Shown here one piece after another: positions 26,068 to 38,227 of a DNA stretch of 64,000 nt (positions are counted from its first letter, which is position 1; each line of letters opens with the position of its first letter). Made by a program: the position numbers and the translations under genes. Where the stretch lies: contig MU054117.1 in the NCBI GenBank assembly GCA_013239625.1, positions 1,118,001 through 1,182,000 on the forward strand, written 5' to 3'. The notes below the pieces were generated by a model. It was not told the origin of the DNA. It did no database searches and worked only from the letters and a program-made list of their open reading frames with translations. Source of the stretch: Lama guanicoe (Eukaryota).

Positions 26068-26669
26068 GTGAGTGGGGGCGGGGAGAGGGGCATCCGCACT
26101 GGGAGGGCCGGCTCCAGGGCCTTGGTCCCAGGGAGGAGTTGCAAGCTGAGGCTGAGGCTGAGGCTGGGAAGCGGGGACAGGGTCGGTGTGATGTCTGGGG
26201 GGCGGGAGCGGGGGTCCGGAAGCAGAGGCAGACTTGAGAAAGGAGAGTCACTCCCTCAGATGTCTGTCCTTGCAGAGGGGCGGGAGGGCCCGAGGCTTTC
26301 CCAGGTGCTGCTAGGACACCTGACACCTCCCAGGGGAGGACTCTGGTCCCCCTGCTCTGCCAGGGAGGCCAGGAGGCCTGGCTGAAACTTCTGTCCTGTG
26401 GACGCCCACTCTGCCCTCGGGCTGCCCCACACCGGGAGGTCCTGGGCCCGGAGGAAACGGCCTCCTCCAGGCTGTCCCCTGGGCTAGCGTGCCACCCACC
26501 AGGGTGTCCCAGAGACCCCAGATGGCAAGCAAACTAGCACACCTGAGACTTTGGCATCAGAGCCCGGCTCTGTCTGGCGCTGGTGTCTCCCCCACCACTC
26601 GGGTCTCACCGTGCACTCGCCTCGGAGGCTGGGAGTGCAGATGAGAAACGGTGTTGGGAGAGCCAAGGC

Positions 26670-26820
26670 CTTAGAGCAGACAGGCTGGAGGTAAGACGTG
26701 GTTCCACTGCTTCCCAGCCGTGCGACCTCAGGCACGCGGCTCCCCCTCTTCAGCCTCTGTTTTCCCTTCTGCAAAATGGGGACAATAGCCACCTCAGACG
26801 GTGTGGTGAAGGTTAAATCT
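26670..26820 (+). mobile_element. MIR SINE
   Basis: GTGCGACCTCAGGCA...GCCTCTGTTTTCCCTTCTGCAAAATGGGGACAATA. Confidence 0.65.
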
Positions 26821-27355
26821 ATACACGTGTGTGCACGTGTTCTGCATGTGTGTGCGTGCGTGTTGTATGTGTGCATGTGCACCAAGTCCTCCACCCTGTA
26901 GGGAATACCGGGCAGTGGCTGTCCCCTAGTGCACCAGGCGGTGTGACTGCTCGGGCTCCCACCCGCCCCTCTCTCCCGGACAGCATGCGGGCCTGCGGTG
27001 CCACCTTGTGGCCAAGCCTAGCACTGCGCCTCCCCGGGCCTGCCCTCTCCGTGCCTGCCCAGAGCGGGGGTGGCCGCCTTGCTCGGAGGCTCCTGATTCA
27101 TGGTTGTTGCCCCTGCATGTGTCAATAGCAACTCCTTTCACTCTCAAAACTGTCCCCTGTCCCAGATATTGGGGCTTCCTCATCTCCGGTCGGCTAGGAG
27201 GGCAGCTGTGCAGCTGCAAAGGCTTGTGGGTAAAGTGAGCCCAGCGGCCGCCACGGGCCGACCAGGCCCCCGGCTCCACGCCGCACCTGCCCTTCCTGCC
27301 AGCCCCGTGCCAGGCTGCATGGAGGGCGTCCGCCTCCCGCCGCTCTTCGCTGCAG

Positions 27356-27468
27356 GGCGTTCGTGCTGCAGCAGATTCCCCTCAGCAACCTCCTCCTCCT
27401 GGTGACGGACCCCACCTGCGCCTGCAGCGTCTTCCCACCCGTCTTGCAGGAGGCCACAGAAGTCAAAT
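27356..27468 (+). CDS. CACNA2D4: CACNA2D4 exon (AFVLQQIPLSNLLLLVTDPTCACSVFPPVLQEATEVK)
   Basis: cgctgcag| ... AAAT|atatcctc (U12-type donor); 113 nt. Confidence 0.93.
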
Positions 27469-27747
27469 ATATCCTCCCAGCCTCGGGGACACGGGGGCAC
27501 AGGAGGGCAGAGGGGTGGGACACGTCGCCGAGGGGCCAGCCTCCCTTGCCACCAACTCCCCGCTCTCCCCACCCAGCAGGGTGGTCGTCTGCTCCCCGAT
27601 CCGCCTGGGCCCTGGCGCTGCCTCCTGCCCAGACGCTGCTTAGCGAGGCAGCCCGTCCCACCAGGGGTCAGGTCTTCAGCCCGGGTCCCCCAGAGCCTCC
27701 AGAATCGGTTCCATCAAGTGTGTTCACCTTAACAGTGAACTCTGCAC
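27469..27747 (+). other. CACNA2D4: U12-type (minor spliceosome) AT-AC intron, 279 nt
   Basis: 5' site ATATCCTC, branch TTCACCTTAAC at 27723-27733, 3' site ...TGCAC. Removal restores EVK-Y-NASVKC. Confidence 0.92.
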
Positions 27748-27830
27748 ATAACGCCTCTGTCAAGTGTGAGAGGATGCGCTCCCAGAAGCTCCGCCGGCGC
27801 CCGGATACCTGCCACGCCTTCCATCCAGAG
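27748..27830 (+). CDS. CACNA2D4: CACNA2D4 penultimate exon (YNASVKCERMRSQKLRRRPDTCHAFHPE)
   Basis: AC| acceptor and GAG|gtgggg donor; 83 nt; RRRPxxC motif. Confidence 0.93.
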
Positions 27831-28508
27831 GTGGGGGCCGGGGTGGCTTCCACCCCCACACCCTCAGCCCTGAGCCTGTGCCCTTCAGGCACACGGATGG
27901 GTGCAGGTGTCTGGGGCATCTCCGTGGGTGACTCCGTGGTGTCATCCACCCGTGTGCACTCACATTGGGCTCCGTGTCATGCATGCAGTAAGTCGGCAGG
28001 ACCCAAGGGTGCTTGTATAAGGGGAGCCACGTCTCCCAGGGTCCCGGCCCTCAGTGAGTTAAAATGCAGCTTCCCCACTGTCCTCACTGCACTTGGGCCC
28101 GAGCAAGGAAGAAACCATCACACGCGTGATACTGCTGGTGACCAGCCCTACGTACCCACCGCGTAGCTGGGTGCCGCCTCCGTGATGCGTCCTCGCTGGA
28201 CGCGGCTGCCACACTTCACACTCATGCGAGATGCTCTGAGTCCAGAGCTTGCCAGAAGTCTTACTAAGACAAGCGCCCACAGCCACTCCAGGGCTGCAGG
28301 CCCGCGGACGAGGCTCGAGCCCAGCTCCGGGCTGAGTGGCCTCTACGCTCCCCTGGACAGCAGGGATCTAAGGTTGCAGGGTTTCCTCCACCTGTGGGAA
28401 CTCCCCTCTCTCCCAGGTCTTGGCCCCTGTGTGTCCCAGAGACCCCCTCCCTACTGTCCTCCTCCTGCCTGGGGCGGTCACCTCATCTGGAATGTTCTGG
28501 GTTCGCAG

Positions 28509-28613
28509 GAGAATGCCCAGGACTGCGGCGGCACCTCGGACATCTCGGCCTCGCCCTCCCTGCTCCTGCTGCCTCTGTGTGCCTGGCTGCTGCCGCCCCA
28601 GCTGCTGCGGTGA
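28509..28613 (+). CDS. CACNA2D4: CACNA2D4 last coding exon (ENAQDCGG...PQLLR*), GPI-anchor-signal-like tail
   Basis: gttcgcag| acceptor; CGG motif followed by a hydrophobic stretch and TGA. Confidence 0.94.
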   Translation, partial: ENAQDCGGTSDISASPSLLLLPLCAWLLPPQLLR

Positions 28614-29163
28614 CAACTGCCCGGTCTGACCCGTTGTGACAAGGTGGTCCTTTCAGAGACATTCTAAAGAGTCAACAGCTGTGGGCTCCAGCTCTCGGCA
28701 GTTGGGTTCTCGCCGGTCATTGCTCATCCCAGTCTTGGGCTGATGGTCCCTGCCTCCTGGGATTGCTGGACAGAACTGGACATCACTTCCCAGAGACCTT
28801 CCAGGGTGTCTGGTCCATCACCCCAAGTCTCAATGGGCATCCTGCCCTGTGTCCTGCCTCCTCTTTGGGAGCCTGCCACGAACTCACCTTGGACCGAGAC
28901 GAAAAGGTTTAGTTGCATCCATTTGGCACTTAAGCTCCAGAAGCCCAGGCCTGGCCGAAGGACGCTGCAGCTGTTTCTAATGAATCTGGTTCGTTAGAGT
29001 AGACCTGAGTAGACTCCAGGACTTCAAGGTTCTGAGACGGAGCAGCAGAGTGAAGCCACCAGCAGAGAGGGCAGGAGGGGAGAAGTGCCCACTGGAAGCC
29101 GTTTCCCCAGAGGGAGGTGTGCGGGGCGGGGGCAGCTCAGTCTCCTAGCTGCAGGTCAGAAAA

Positions 29164-29188
29164 GTGTGTGTGTGTGTGAGTGAGAGAG
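29164..29188. repeat. Short (GT)n/(GA)n microsatellite in the CACNA2D4 3'UTR
   Basis: GTGTGTGTGTGTGTGAGTGAGAGAG. Confidence 0.7.
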
Positions 29189-29211
29189 GTAGAAAAGGCA
29201 GGGTCTTTTGT

Positions 29212-29217
29212 ATTAAA
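29212..29217 (+). terminator. Candidate CACNA2D4 polyadenylation signal (ATTAAA; a second one at 29250)
   Basis: First poly(A)-signal hexamers I noticed after the stop codon, in an AT-rich patch about 600 nt downstream. Confidence 0.5.
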
Positions 29218-32200
29218 GTGGTTGCATATGATGTCCACAAACTGTTGCTATTAAAAAAAAAATTGAAAAACATCTTTGCAAAGCCCTAACCTAAGGGAAT
29301 GTTGCATTGTAGAAAGCCCGTAGGGTGAGATGCAGGCTGCCTTCGATTGGAAGAGGGTGTGGTTTCTGGGGCGGCGGTGGGAGCGGCTGCAGCCCCGCAG
29401 CAAGGCCCTGGGAAGGAGCAGGCAGGCCTTCGGGGTCCTGAGGGCTGGCTCCAGACCCCTCCCCTGGAGGCCCAGGCCCCACGGTGGGGTTGGGGGGAGG
29501 TGCCGCCTTCTGGCTGTTCGTCTGCAGGAGAGACCACCTGACTCTCCCTGGGGCCACGGGGAAGGGAGCTGCGCCGGCACTCCTCCCCCAGGGTCTCGGC
29601 CGCAGCGCCCTCTGCCCGACCCCGCAGACCTGGCTCCTGGGAGGCTGCAGCCTCGGGGCAGAGCAACGTGAGAAGCAGAACTGCAGAAACGCTTGGTGGC
29701 CTCTGAGCTCTGAGTTGAGCTAACCTCCCAGGAGGAGGTCCAGCCCGGCCCCACGAGGGGCATGGCCAGCACAAGGCCTCGGGGGCCTCCCCACCTCCTT
29801 AGAACACGTCGCGATCTTTGTCACGAGCCTTCCGTGTCCAGGTCAGGGTTACTTTCATTGCTTTCCTGTCTCTGAGGAATCCCGTTCACAGCTGAACCCA
29901 AGCCTCGGGGAGAAGAGCAGGCCCGGGGCCCACTGGGCCAGTGGAGGGGGCGGGATGACGCCGGCAGGAGCTCAGTGTGACACGGAGACAACAGGCACGT
30001 TGCGAAGCCCTCTGGAGCAGGTGCGCTGTCAGCCCCGTGGCACAGACCAGGAGACCAAAGCGTGGGGTTAAACTGGCTCCGGGTGGGTGGATGAGCATCG
30101 TGAGGTTCGAAGGTGACGCTCGTGTCGCGAGCCTACAGCTGCCCAACTGCGAGCTGCAGGCACTGACCACACTGCCGTCTGTCCCAGCGCCCATCCTCTG
30201 GAGGAGGGGACGGAGGAGCCCGTTTGGATGCCAGACAGCAGGCAGAGGTCACAGGGCCCCCCGGCACCGGGAGCCTTTCTCCCGCCCGCTGGCTGTGGCC
30301 GCTGCCCTGCCCCTCGCTGCTGGGCCCACGCCACCCCGCGCTTCTGGGGCATCATTGTCCAGATGGCGACTGCTGGTCTCCTTGGGACAGCAGCCCAGTC
30401 CCCCACCCAAGCAGGGAGCGCGTCTCCAAGTTCTCAGCTGTCACAGCCCCGTAACTGAACCACCAAGCTTGGAAAGTGCCGAGGCAGCCCCCAGCCTCTC
30501 CCTCTGCGGGGCCGGGAGGGGGCTGAGGCTGGACTCCCTCTCAGAGCCAGGGAGGGAGGCAGCTTCTGGTGAACTGCTCTCACCTGGGAGAACAGGGCGT
30601 GCTGGGCTTTGCCTTCGGAGTCAGGACCGGCTCCCTCTTCCTACTTCGGGGGAAAGACAGCAGGTGGCAGCCTGGCCCCAGCAGGAGAGCCGTGACCTTG
30701 ACTGCAGAGACACCGTGGAGTCAAGGGGGCCAGAGTCCCGAAGCCCCTTCTGTAAACGCTGTCGCCTTCGGACGACCGAGAACGCCCGGCACAGAACAGA
30801 GGACTGCTGAGCCCGCTGCCTGGCCACCTGGGTGTTTTAGTGGCAGCACCGTCAGGTAGACGTCCACGCGAGGCTGTGGTTCCCAGGGCAGAGGGTAGAG
30901 GTGGGGAGGGAGGGACGGAGGGAGCAGAGCCGGGGGCTGGGCCTGTCTGAGGAAGGTGACCTGCCAGCCACAGCGTCTCCCTGAAGGAGGCTGAGGGTGT
31001 TTTCTGGTGGGGGGGGCTGGGTCACGAGTGCCTCTCGCCCGCATCCCCTGCCCCTGGCAGGCCTGGGCACTGTCCCCAGGCCAGGGCAGCAGTGAGGGGC
31101 TCGCCTTCTCCTCGTCTCGCTGGCAGGACCCGGTGGTGTGGGTGGCCTGCGCTCCGACTGGGCAGGATGTGCTGGGGACCACAAATTCTTCTCAGGGGAT
31201 TCCAAAGCCAGGCCCGGGTTCAATCTCGCCCTTGTCTGCTTCCCTCCCAACATCCAAGGACATCCCGTGAGAAGGGGGCACAGAGACCACCAGGCAGAGA
31301 CCAGGGAAACCACGGAAGGCGAGCCGGGGCCCATCCCCAGGTAACACGCAAAGCCCACAGTTGTGTGTAAAATGAGCAAGCTACAAGCCGGAAATTTCCC
31401 TGCAAAAACTAGGTCACCTGTGGCAAGGGCTGGGGCTGCCTCCTCTTCACTGACATGGAAGGGTCCACACCCCTCCCAGAACCTTCCAGTCAGTACGCGG
31501 AGCCCACCCAATCTGAGTCTTTATCTCAAGGATGCAGTGCCACGCAGGGCGCCCACCTCCCGGGCTGTCTCCTCCCCTAGGAAACAGCAGTAGGAGCACA
31601 GGTCCAGCCCTGGGGCGCCCGCCGCAGGGCCCGAGGCAGAAGGAGCCTGGACGTGCCCCCGTGTGACCAGCTGTGACTTCTGTGGCCGTCAGCGCTGCCC
31701 CTTACAGCTGCACCCCTCTCCCCGTTCTGCACCTGGGACCCCGGTTATGATGGGAGCAGGAAGCTGGGGGAAGGTGAGGTGGGCGTGAGCACTGACTTAA
31801 CTGCCCATCTTCATGCATTCTCCTGCCAGCCCTTAAAACTCATCAGGAAGATTAAACAGAAGCGCAAAGTAGACAAACGGTTAAGACTATCTTACTAGAC
31901 GATCTTACCAATCAAGTGTCAGAACACACTTTCAACTAAGAGTACACGAGAGGCCTTTCAACAACCCGGCAGCCCGGAGCCCCCACTGCCCCCAAGGGTC
32001 CGCAGATAGCTGGTTCAGTATAGAAACAAGCCCAGTGCCCAGAGTGCTGGCTCTGGGAGCAACTCCCCAGGTCTTCACCTGTCAGTCCACGGAGAGCTTT
32101 TACAGAGCGGTCTCCACACTCACACTGGATGTTTCCAAGCAGCTCAAGCTTCAGCGTCTACATTAAAGCTGCAGCGAGGAAAGCTGAGGCAGGACAGAAA

Positions 32201-32229
32201 CACACAGGCTCGTGTTCCGCTGGGGTCTT

Positions 32230-32235
32230 TTTATT
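32230..32235 (-). terminator. Candidate distal ADIPOR2 polyadenylation signal (AATAAA)
   Basis: TTTATT on the plus strand; in mRNA sense it is followed by the GU/U-rich TGTGTGTTTCTGT. Confidence 0.6.
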
Positions 32236-34623
32236 AGACGTTGAGAACACAGCAGGCGGGAACGCCCACGGCGCGTGGGACCGTCACACAAACGCCTTCC
32301 TGGAACCCCAACCTTCAGTGACCCCCAAAGGGTGCTTTGTGGCTTTAACCATTTATAAAGGGGGAGGGGGAATACTGAAAAGGCCACTCCTCAAGGGTGA
32401 AGGGAGGCAGCTGCAGAGGTCCTAACCAGCCGAGGGCCCAGGAAGAAAAGTAACTCTGCAGAGCACGCAGGCCCCGCTGCTGAGAGTAAGGCATCCAGGC
32501 GCCGGCCTGGGGGTCCTCAGCGGGCACGGCGGGGCGCGGCGGGGCACGGGCGTGCGGCAACGACACACACACTCCCCGGGGGAGCTGGTCACTGGTTATG
32601 TCTCGGGGTCAATTCCATGTTTCTAAGGGTTTGTGCTGTGTTGAACCAGGTCAGCTCCTGCTTGGGGGTGTGGGGCGACCGGCTTGGCAGCGGCACAGAC
32701 GTCAGAGGGCGGCTCGTCATGTACCCTGTGTCCCAGACCGAGACTCGAGAGCGAGCCTGGCTTCGGATGTGTGCTGCTGCGCCCGCAGAACGTCCTTCCA
32801 CGTGGCCACCATCCTGCCGGACCGTTTCCCGCAAAGGGTTGCAGTAATACTGTTCTCTCTCCCGGGCAGGGCACCAGCTCGCCCACGAAGCCTCTCACTG
32901 GGCCCACCCAGCACCCAGGGCGGTGACCGTCTTCAGGGCTAAACATGCTGGACCTCCTCCCAAGTTCTACAACGGGTTCTTTCTTCCTGGCTCCCAGCTT
33001 TTGATGGAACTTGGAAGGGGCTAGAAAGGAGAAATACCGCCCAGGAAAACCCCATACCGAACCATCAGACCCTTCTTGTGTCCCCAAACAGCCATCTGAG
33101 GACGCCGCCCGCCACGCTCAGGGCCTCAGTGCTTCCGTCTCGCACCCACCACCCCGGGCTGTGGCTCGGTCGCCTGGAGTCGTGGCTGAGTGAGTGACCT
33201 GATCGGGCGATTCTGGCGGTCCACCTATGAGCGGTAAGAGTTCCGTGAACCAGGGCCTCCCCTGCCACTCTGACCTCTTAACAGGGTGCCTCTGAGCCAC
33301 GAGCAGTGTTTTCTTACTTCGATCCGCTCTTAAGAGACGCACCTTCATGGGTCCTACCAGACTCCCAGGCAGTAACACAGCATCTCCTCTTAAAACTTCC
33401 CACCACACTGTCTAGGGCTGAAAATGGGGACCTGGGCGTGCTGGTGACTTCAGGGTGGGTGCTGGGCTCGTTTCTAAGGGTGGAGTGCCGAGGCACCGGC
33501 TGTCACCCAGGTTCTCCCCGCCCACGTAAGCGAGTCGGGAAGCACCTGGGCCTGTCACAACCCCTCCTGTGACTGGCTCCCTGCCGGGAACCATGATGCC
33601 AAGGAAAGGTCCATTTTTATTTCCAGGAGGCACAAGGGGAGCTGGGCAGTGACGTGAACAAAGGGAAACCGAGAGGGTGTTCTAGAGCTCCACAGCAAAG
33701 ATACGGAAAGCCATCGCCCCCGCCCGCCCCCTGCAACCAAACAAAGTCAACACAAAGTTGAAGAGGATGCCAGGAGGGAACGAGGTGGGCCCATGCCGAC
33801 AGCCCCACACTCCTTCCTCCGCTGGCCCCAACACCCTCTGCCGGCACGAGTGAGTTTCCTAAGCAGGTGGCTCTGCTCCTCAGAAAGGGCCACAGAGTAG
33901 AAAGCAGGCCAGGCTCTCTGACACAGGGTGAGCGGCCCCGTGAGCGCTAGGCTGCGCGCCCTGCCCCACCAGGGCCCAAGGCCTGCCGGCCTTCGGAAGG
34001 CACCTTGGTGCACGAGGTGTACATTCTGGGGCTGTCACCTGATCACCTTACAGTCACTTGTGCAAAATGGAAACAGTGTGTGGTACTTGCATGTTTCATT
34101 CTATACAAAAATTCTCCCTCCCTCCCCTACCCCTATGTCTTACACATTTATATAAATTTTTATTTAAACAGTATGTTAGAAATCTTATTTACATTAATTT
34201 CTTAGTTCCCCCAAAAGAACGTCTAAAATCACAGTCCCACCCCTTAACAGAATATAAATGTTCACCGAAACTGGTCTGTATCACTGTCTGAAGGTGGGAG
34301 GGGAGAATGGACCTCCAGCCACGCCGTCCACAAAGAGCAGGCTGTGGCTCCGAAGCCAGCGAGCCCGGTCCGGCAGCGCCCCGGAGCGGCAGGCCCCAAG
34401 GACAAGTCAGGGCTGGGCCATCTCTCCTCTTCTCCACCCTGTGAGGGATTTATTTTTGTTTTCTCTTCCCAGTCGCGGCCCACGCGGAGCCCTGGGGCGT
34501 CCCAAAGCCCACGATGCGGCTGAGTCGGCGCTCCTCTGGCTCTGGCGCCAAAGGCCGGGGAGGGAGACCTCCAGGCGCCGCCGGCACTGGTTCAGGGTCA
34601 CAGTCCCTGGCCACTGGCAGGTG

Positions 34624-34752
34624 TCACAGTGCGTCCTCATCACTGCAGCCTCCGCCAATCATGAAACGGAACTCCTGGAGGTTTGAGACACCGTGGAAGT
34701 GAACAAAAGCGCCAGCAACCACGAAGATATGAAACAGCTGATGAGAGTGAAA
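34624..34752 (-). CDS. ADIPOR2: ADIPOR2 last coding exon (FHSHQLFHIFVVAGAFVHFHGVSNLQEFRFMIGGGCSDEDAL*)
   Basis: ttttttccctccag| acceptor; PAQR HxxxH Zn-binding motif; 129 nt. Confidence 0.96.
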   Translation of the reverse strand, partial: FHSHQLFHIFVVAGAFVHFHGVSNLQEFRFMIGGGCSDEDAL

Positions 34753-36270
34753 CTGGAGGGAAAAAAGGGGGGTGAGGACACAGACATTACTAAAGGTCGG
34801 CTGAAGACTCCAAGCGGTTCATGCTGAGCAGGGGGCACAAGCGGATGTGACGGAGCTCAAACACGAGGCACCCGCAGATCATGGAACATCTGTTAGGCAT
34901 ATCCCATACTGCCGTCCCCTCAGAAACCATGCTGTGGCTGGAAGCCTGAGACATGAGCATGTGCACACGGGATGCTGGAGGACCCAGCGGAGCGGGGCCG
35001 GCGCAACCCACAGCCCGGAACCCCAAGGACCCATGATGCCTGCAGGGGTGACAGACACAGGGTGTCTCCTCTCAGCCGTTGTGGACCAGAGCACTAGGAC
35101 CACCCACGTCACGGACACACCGCTCTCCTAGGGGGGAGCAGAGGGGTCCCCAGGATGGCTGGAGGGTCAAGACATCGGGCAGCTAGTTTCCTTCGCTCCA
35201 AGGCACAGCGTTCCATAAACAAGACACGCTGTCAGGAGGGCAGGACAGCAGGGCCTCTGCTTCCTCCTCGAGTCAGAGGCCGGCCGACACACATGGCCAA
35301 CAGGGGTGCATGTGGTGCTTCCGAACCGACTCGTTCTGCTGAGCGCCAGGGCTCAGTGCACCAAACGGCTCTTCAGCCCTCCCCTTACAGCCTCCAAATG
35401 GAAAAGCACGGTGGCAGAACCACTCGGGGCAAGACTGACTTTAAAAGTGTGAACGAGAGGGATCCATAGTCACATCCCAAGAGAGACTTCCTTGGAGAAC
35501 AAAGGGGATTTATTTTCCCAAAAAAAGGGGGGGGGGTGAGAGAAATTTCTCCTTATCAATGTCAAAATTGATGAGGCAATCTCAGAAGATAAATGGGACT
35601 GTCTGCAGTTTCAAAGATGGCCCGAGTGTTCTCTTTACTTCAAGTAGCCAGACTAATCAGCTTAATCTGTAAGCGGCAGTAACTGTCTGAGGACCGGAGG
35701 CCAAGACAGGCCCCGTCGCAAACCACACTGCACGTGTCCAGCCGTCTGCAGGTACAGGACGTCTGTGTCCTGGTCCTGAGGATTATCCTCCCTGCCTCAC
35801 CATGAGCCACCATCTAGCTCTCCCACCAAACACAGGGAGAAGTCTCTCATTATATCACTGAATTTCGGTGTTAAAAGGACCTTGGTAAAAATCTGCTGCC
35901 TTCAGCTCCTCCACGAGGAAGCCCAGACAGAAGGACTAGCTGTGTGAGCACAGGACGGGGGCCCAGACTCTGAAATTCCACTCCTGCCACCACCCGCTGG
36001 GACGTGGGCACTGCATCTTCCCGAGAATGGGAAACCCCGAGAGCAGTGGCTTAGGTGACCCATGCAAAGTGCCCCCTCAGCCTGCCAGGCACTGGTGAGG
36101 TCAGCCACTACTGCACTGAGCGGCTGGAGACACATTCAGGAGGAAGAGGGAGGCTGGGATACAGATCTCGTGATGTTGAGTCTAAACATTTTTGATGGTT
36201 TCACCTTCCAGTCTGCCAGTGACCCACTAAGAGAAGGCCAGACGCACAGAAAGCGCCCGACCACACTCAC

Positions 36271-36464
36271 CCAGATGTCACACTTGCCGGGAAAGAAGCG
36301 CTCGGGGATGCGGGCAGCGTACAGGGCCGCCCCCGTGATGTACAGGCCGGCCATGAGCATCAGCCAGCCGATCTGCCCGATGGTAGCAGCCTTCAGGACC
36401 CCCTCTGCAATGACGTAGTGCAAGGTAGGGATGACTCCGCTCAGGCCAAGGCCCAGAAACACTC
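36271..36464 (-). CDS. ADIPOR2: ADIPOR2 exon (GVFLGLGLSGVIP...PERFFPGKCDIW)
   Basis: ccgcag| ... TGG|gtgagt; 194 nt. Confidence 0.97.
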
Positions 36465-37789
36465 CTGCGGATCATCAGAGAAGAGCGCAGTGAAGACGCA
36501 GAAGAGAGAGGAGGGACCGCAGCCCCGCACCAGTGCCTGTGAACTCAGTATACTGCAACAGCAGCTTCCTGTCTGGAAGGACAAAGACGGTTCCGGCTCT
36601 GGGATTCTGCCCTGCAGACAGTACAGCGAGGCCCTAAAAGAGACCTGGTGACAAACGCACAGCGCCTCCTGCTGAGAAAGGCTGTCTCACAGGGCAGCGG
36701 TCTGCACGGGGGTGGTGTCTGGAATCACGTGGCTGAGCCTTTAGGAATCAGCTCTAGGAGTTTGCTTCAGTCACTCCTAAATGCTGCTTCCTCAGACAAC
36801 GAACGTGTAAAAGGGCTCTGAATGCAATCCTCCCCTTGACACCACTGACATTTGGGGGGTGGGAGGATGGGAAGTGCTACTGGAAGTTCCTATGGCCTGC
36901 AGAGAGGGACCTGGGCGTGGCTTTCCCACCTCCCACGGCCCCCCATGTGTTCCCGCCTCCTCCTCTTATCCCGTCCGTCCCAACGAGAGGGATCTGGGTG
37001 CGGGCTTCCGGCCTCCCACACGGCCCGGCGTCAGGGGACTGACTGCGCTGCGCTTGGGCCAGCGGACCCAGTCTGGCTCCGTAACACTGGGAGCCACCCC
37101 TGCCCACTGCTCACGGGCTCACAGAAAGGGGAGAGGAGAGTCACAACAGTGTCGCGGACATGAAGTTAATTCTAACTTCTAGGTAACCGCAGATTAACCA
37201 TGGCTTGGGTTTTAGTACAAAACGGTTCAAAACAAAAAGGCTGAAAGGAGAAGTACTCCTTTTAATACTTCCTGTTCAACCTCAGCGAACACTAGGTTTG
37301 ACACTGGGGCAGAAAACTGAAGACACAGCCCTGGCTCCAAGTAGCCAGTCCCCAGTCCAGGTGCTCACTCAGAAAGGACTCAGCCAGGAGGGCCCAGCCA
37401 AGGCACCGGGGGCTTTTCACTTTCCACTGATCGCCTCTCAACAGGCATTAATCACCCCGAATCTGAAAAGCCTCTTTATGCCTACACGGTGCCCGTCGGT
37501 CTGGAACACGATCAGGTGGCACTGCAGTTCTCTCCACACACTTTAACATGAAAACACGTAACAGAACAAAAAATGACAACAAAAAAAGAACTGATCGCTA
37601 CAAAAAGTATACACAAGCTGAGAAGGACTCATCATTTTACAAAGATTTCGGAGCCGCAGCCACGTGGACAGCATGTGGCCCTAACCTCAGTCAACATGAG
37701 CCCCCCAGCCCGGAGCCCCTCCGCCGTAAGGCTGTGAGCTGACGAGGGGGCACTACGACCACGTCAAAGCCCCATGACAACAGAAACGA

Positions 37790-37921
37790 TTTTTTTTTTA
37801 ACTGTTGAAACAGGAGGTAATTAAGTTTTATTTTTAATTTTTAATGGAGGTACTGGGAATTGAACCCAGGACCCTGTGCATGCTAAACACACACTCTCAC
37901 CACTGAGCTATACCCTCCCCC
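37790..37921 (-). mobile_element. tRNA-derived SINE resembling camelid vic-1
   Basis: Minus strand reads GGGGAGGGTATAGCTCAGTGG (A box) ... GGGTTCAATTCCC (B box) AGTACCTCCATT, then an A-rich tail. Confidence 0.8.
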
Positions 37922-38039
37922 AACCCCGACTTCATTTTTGCATCACGAGTACCTGGCGTGATGCTTGGCAAACGGTGCACCTTTCATGAAGACTGGCCGG
38001 GGAGTGAGAGTCCAGCAGAACGCCCGGTCCTGCTCTTAC

Positions 38040-38227
38040 CTGCTCTGACTCCCCGATACTGAGGGGTGGCGAACATGTCCCACTGGGAGACGATGATGGC
38101 TGCGATGCCCAGCACGCAGATGACGATCAAGTAGATAAAGCAAGGTTGCGGGTTACAGTAGAAAGAGTAATAAAGCCAAGGGACAAAGCTGCCCATGATC
38201 AGGAGGGCGATGCCGGAGTAATCCAGT
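38040..38227 (-). CDS. ADIPOR2: ADIPOR2 exon (LDYSGIALLIMGSFVPW...YRGVRA)
   Basis: ttttcctgccctag| ... GCAG|gtaaga; 188 nt. Confidence 0.97.

Noticed and set aside
37845..37921. Functional tRNA gene
   Set aside because: It has A and B boxes but also a SINE-type A-rich tail and a diverged second copy, so a SINE fits better.
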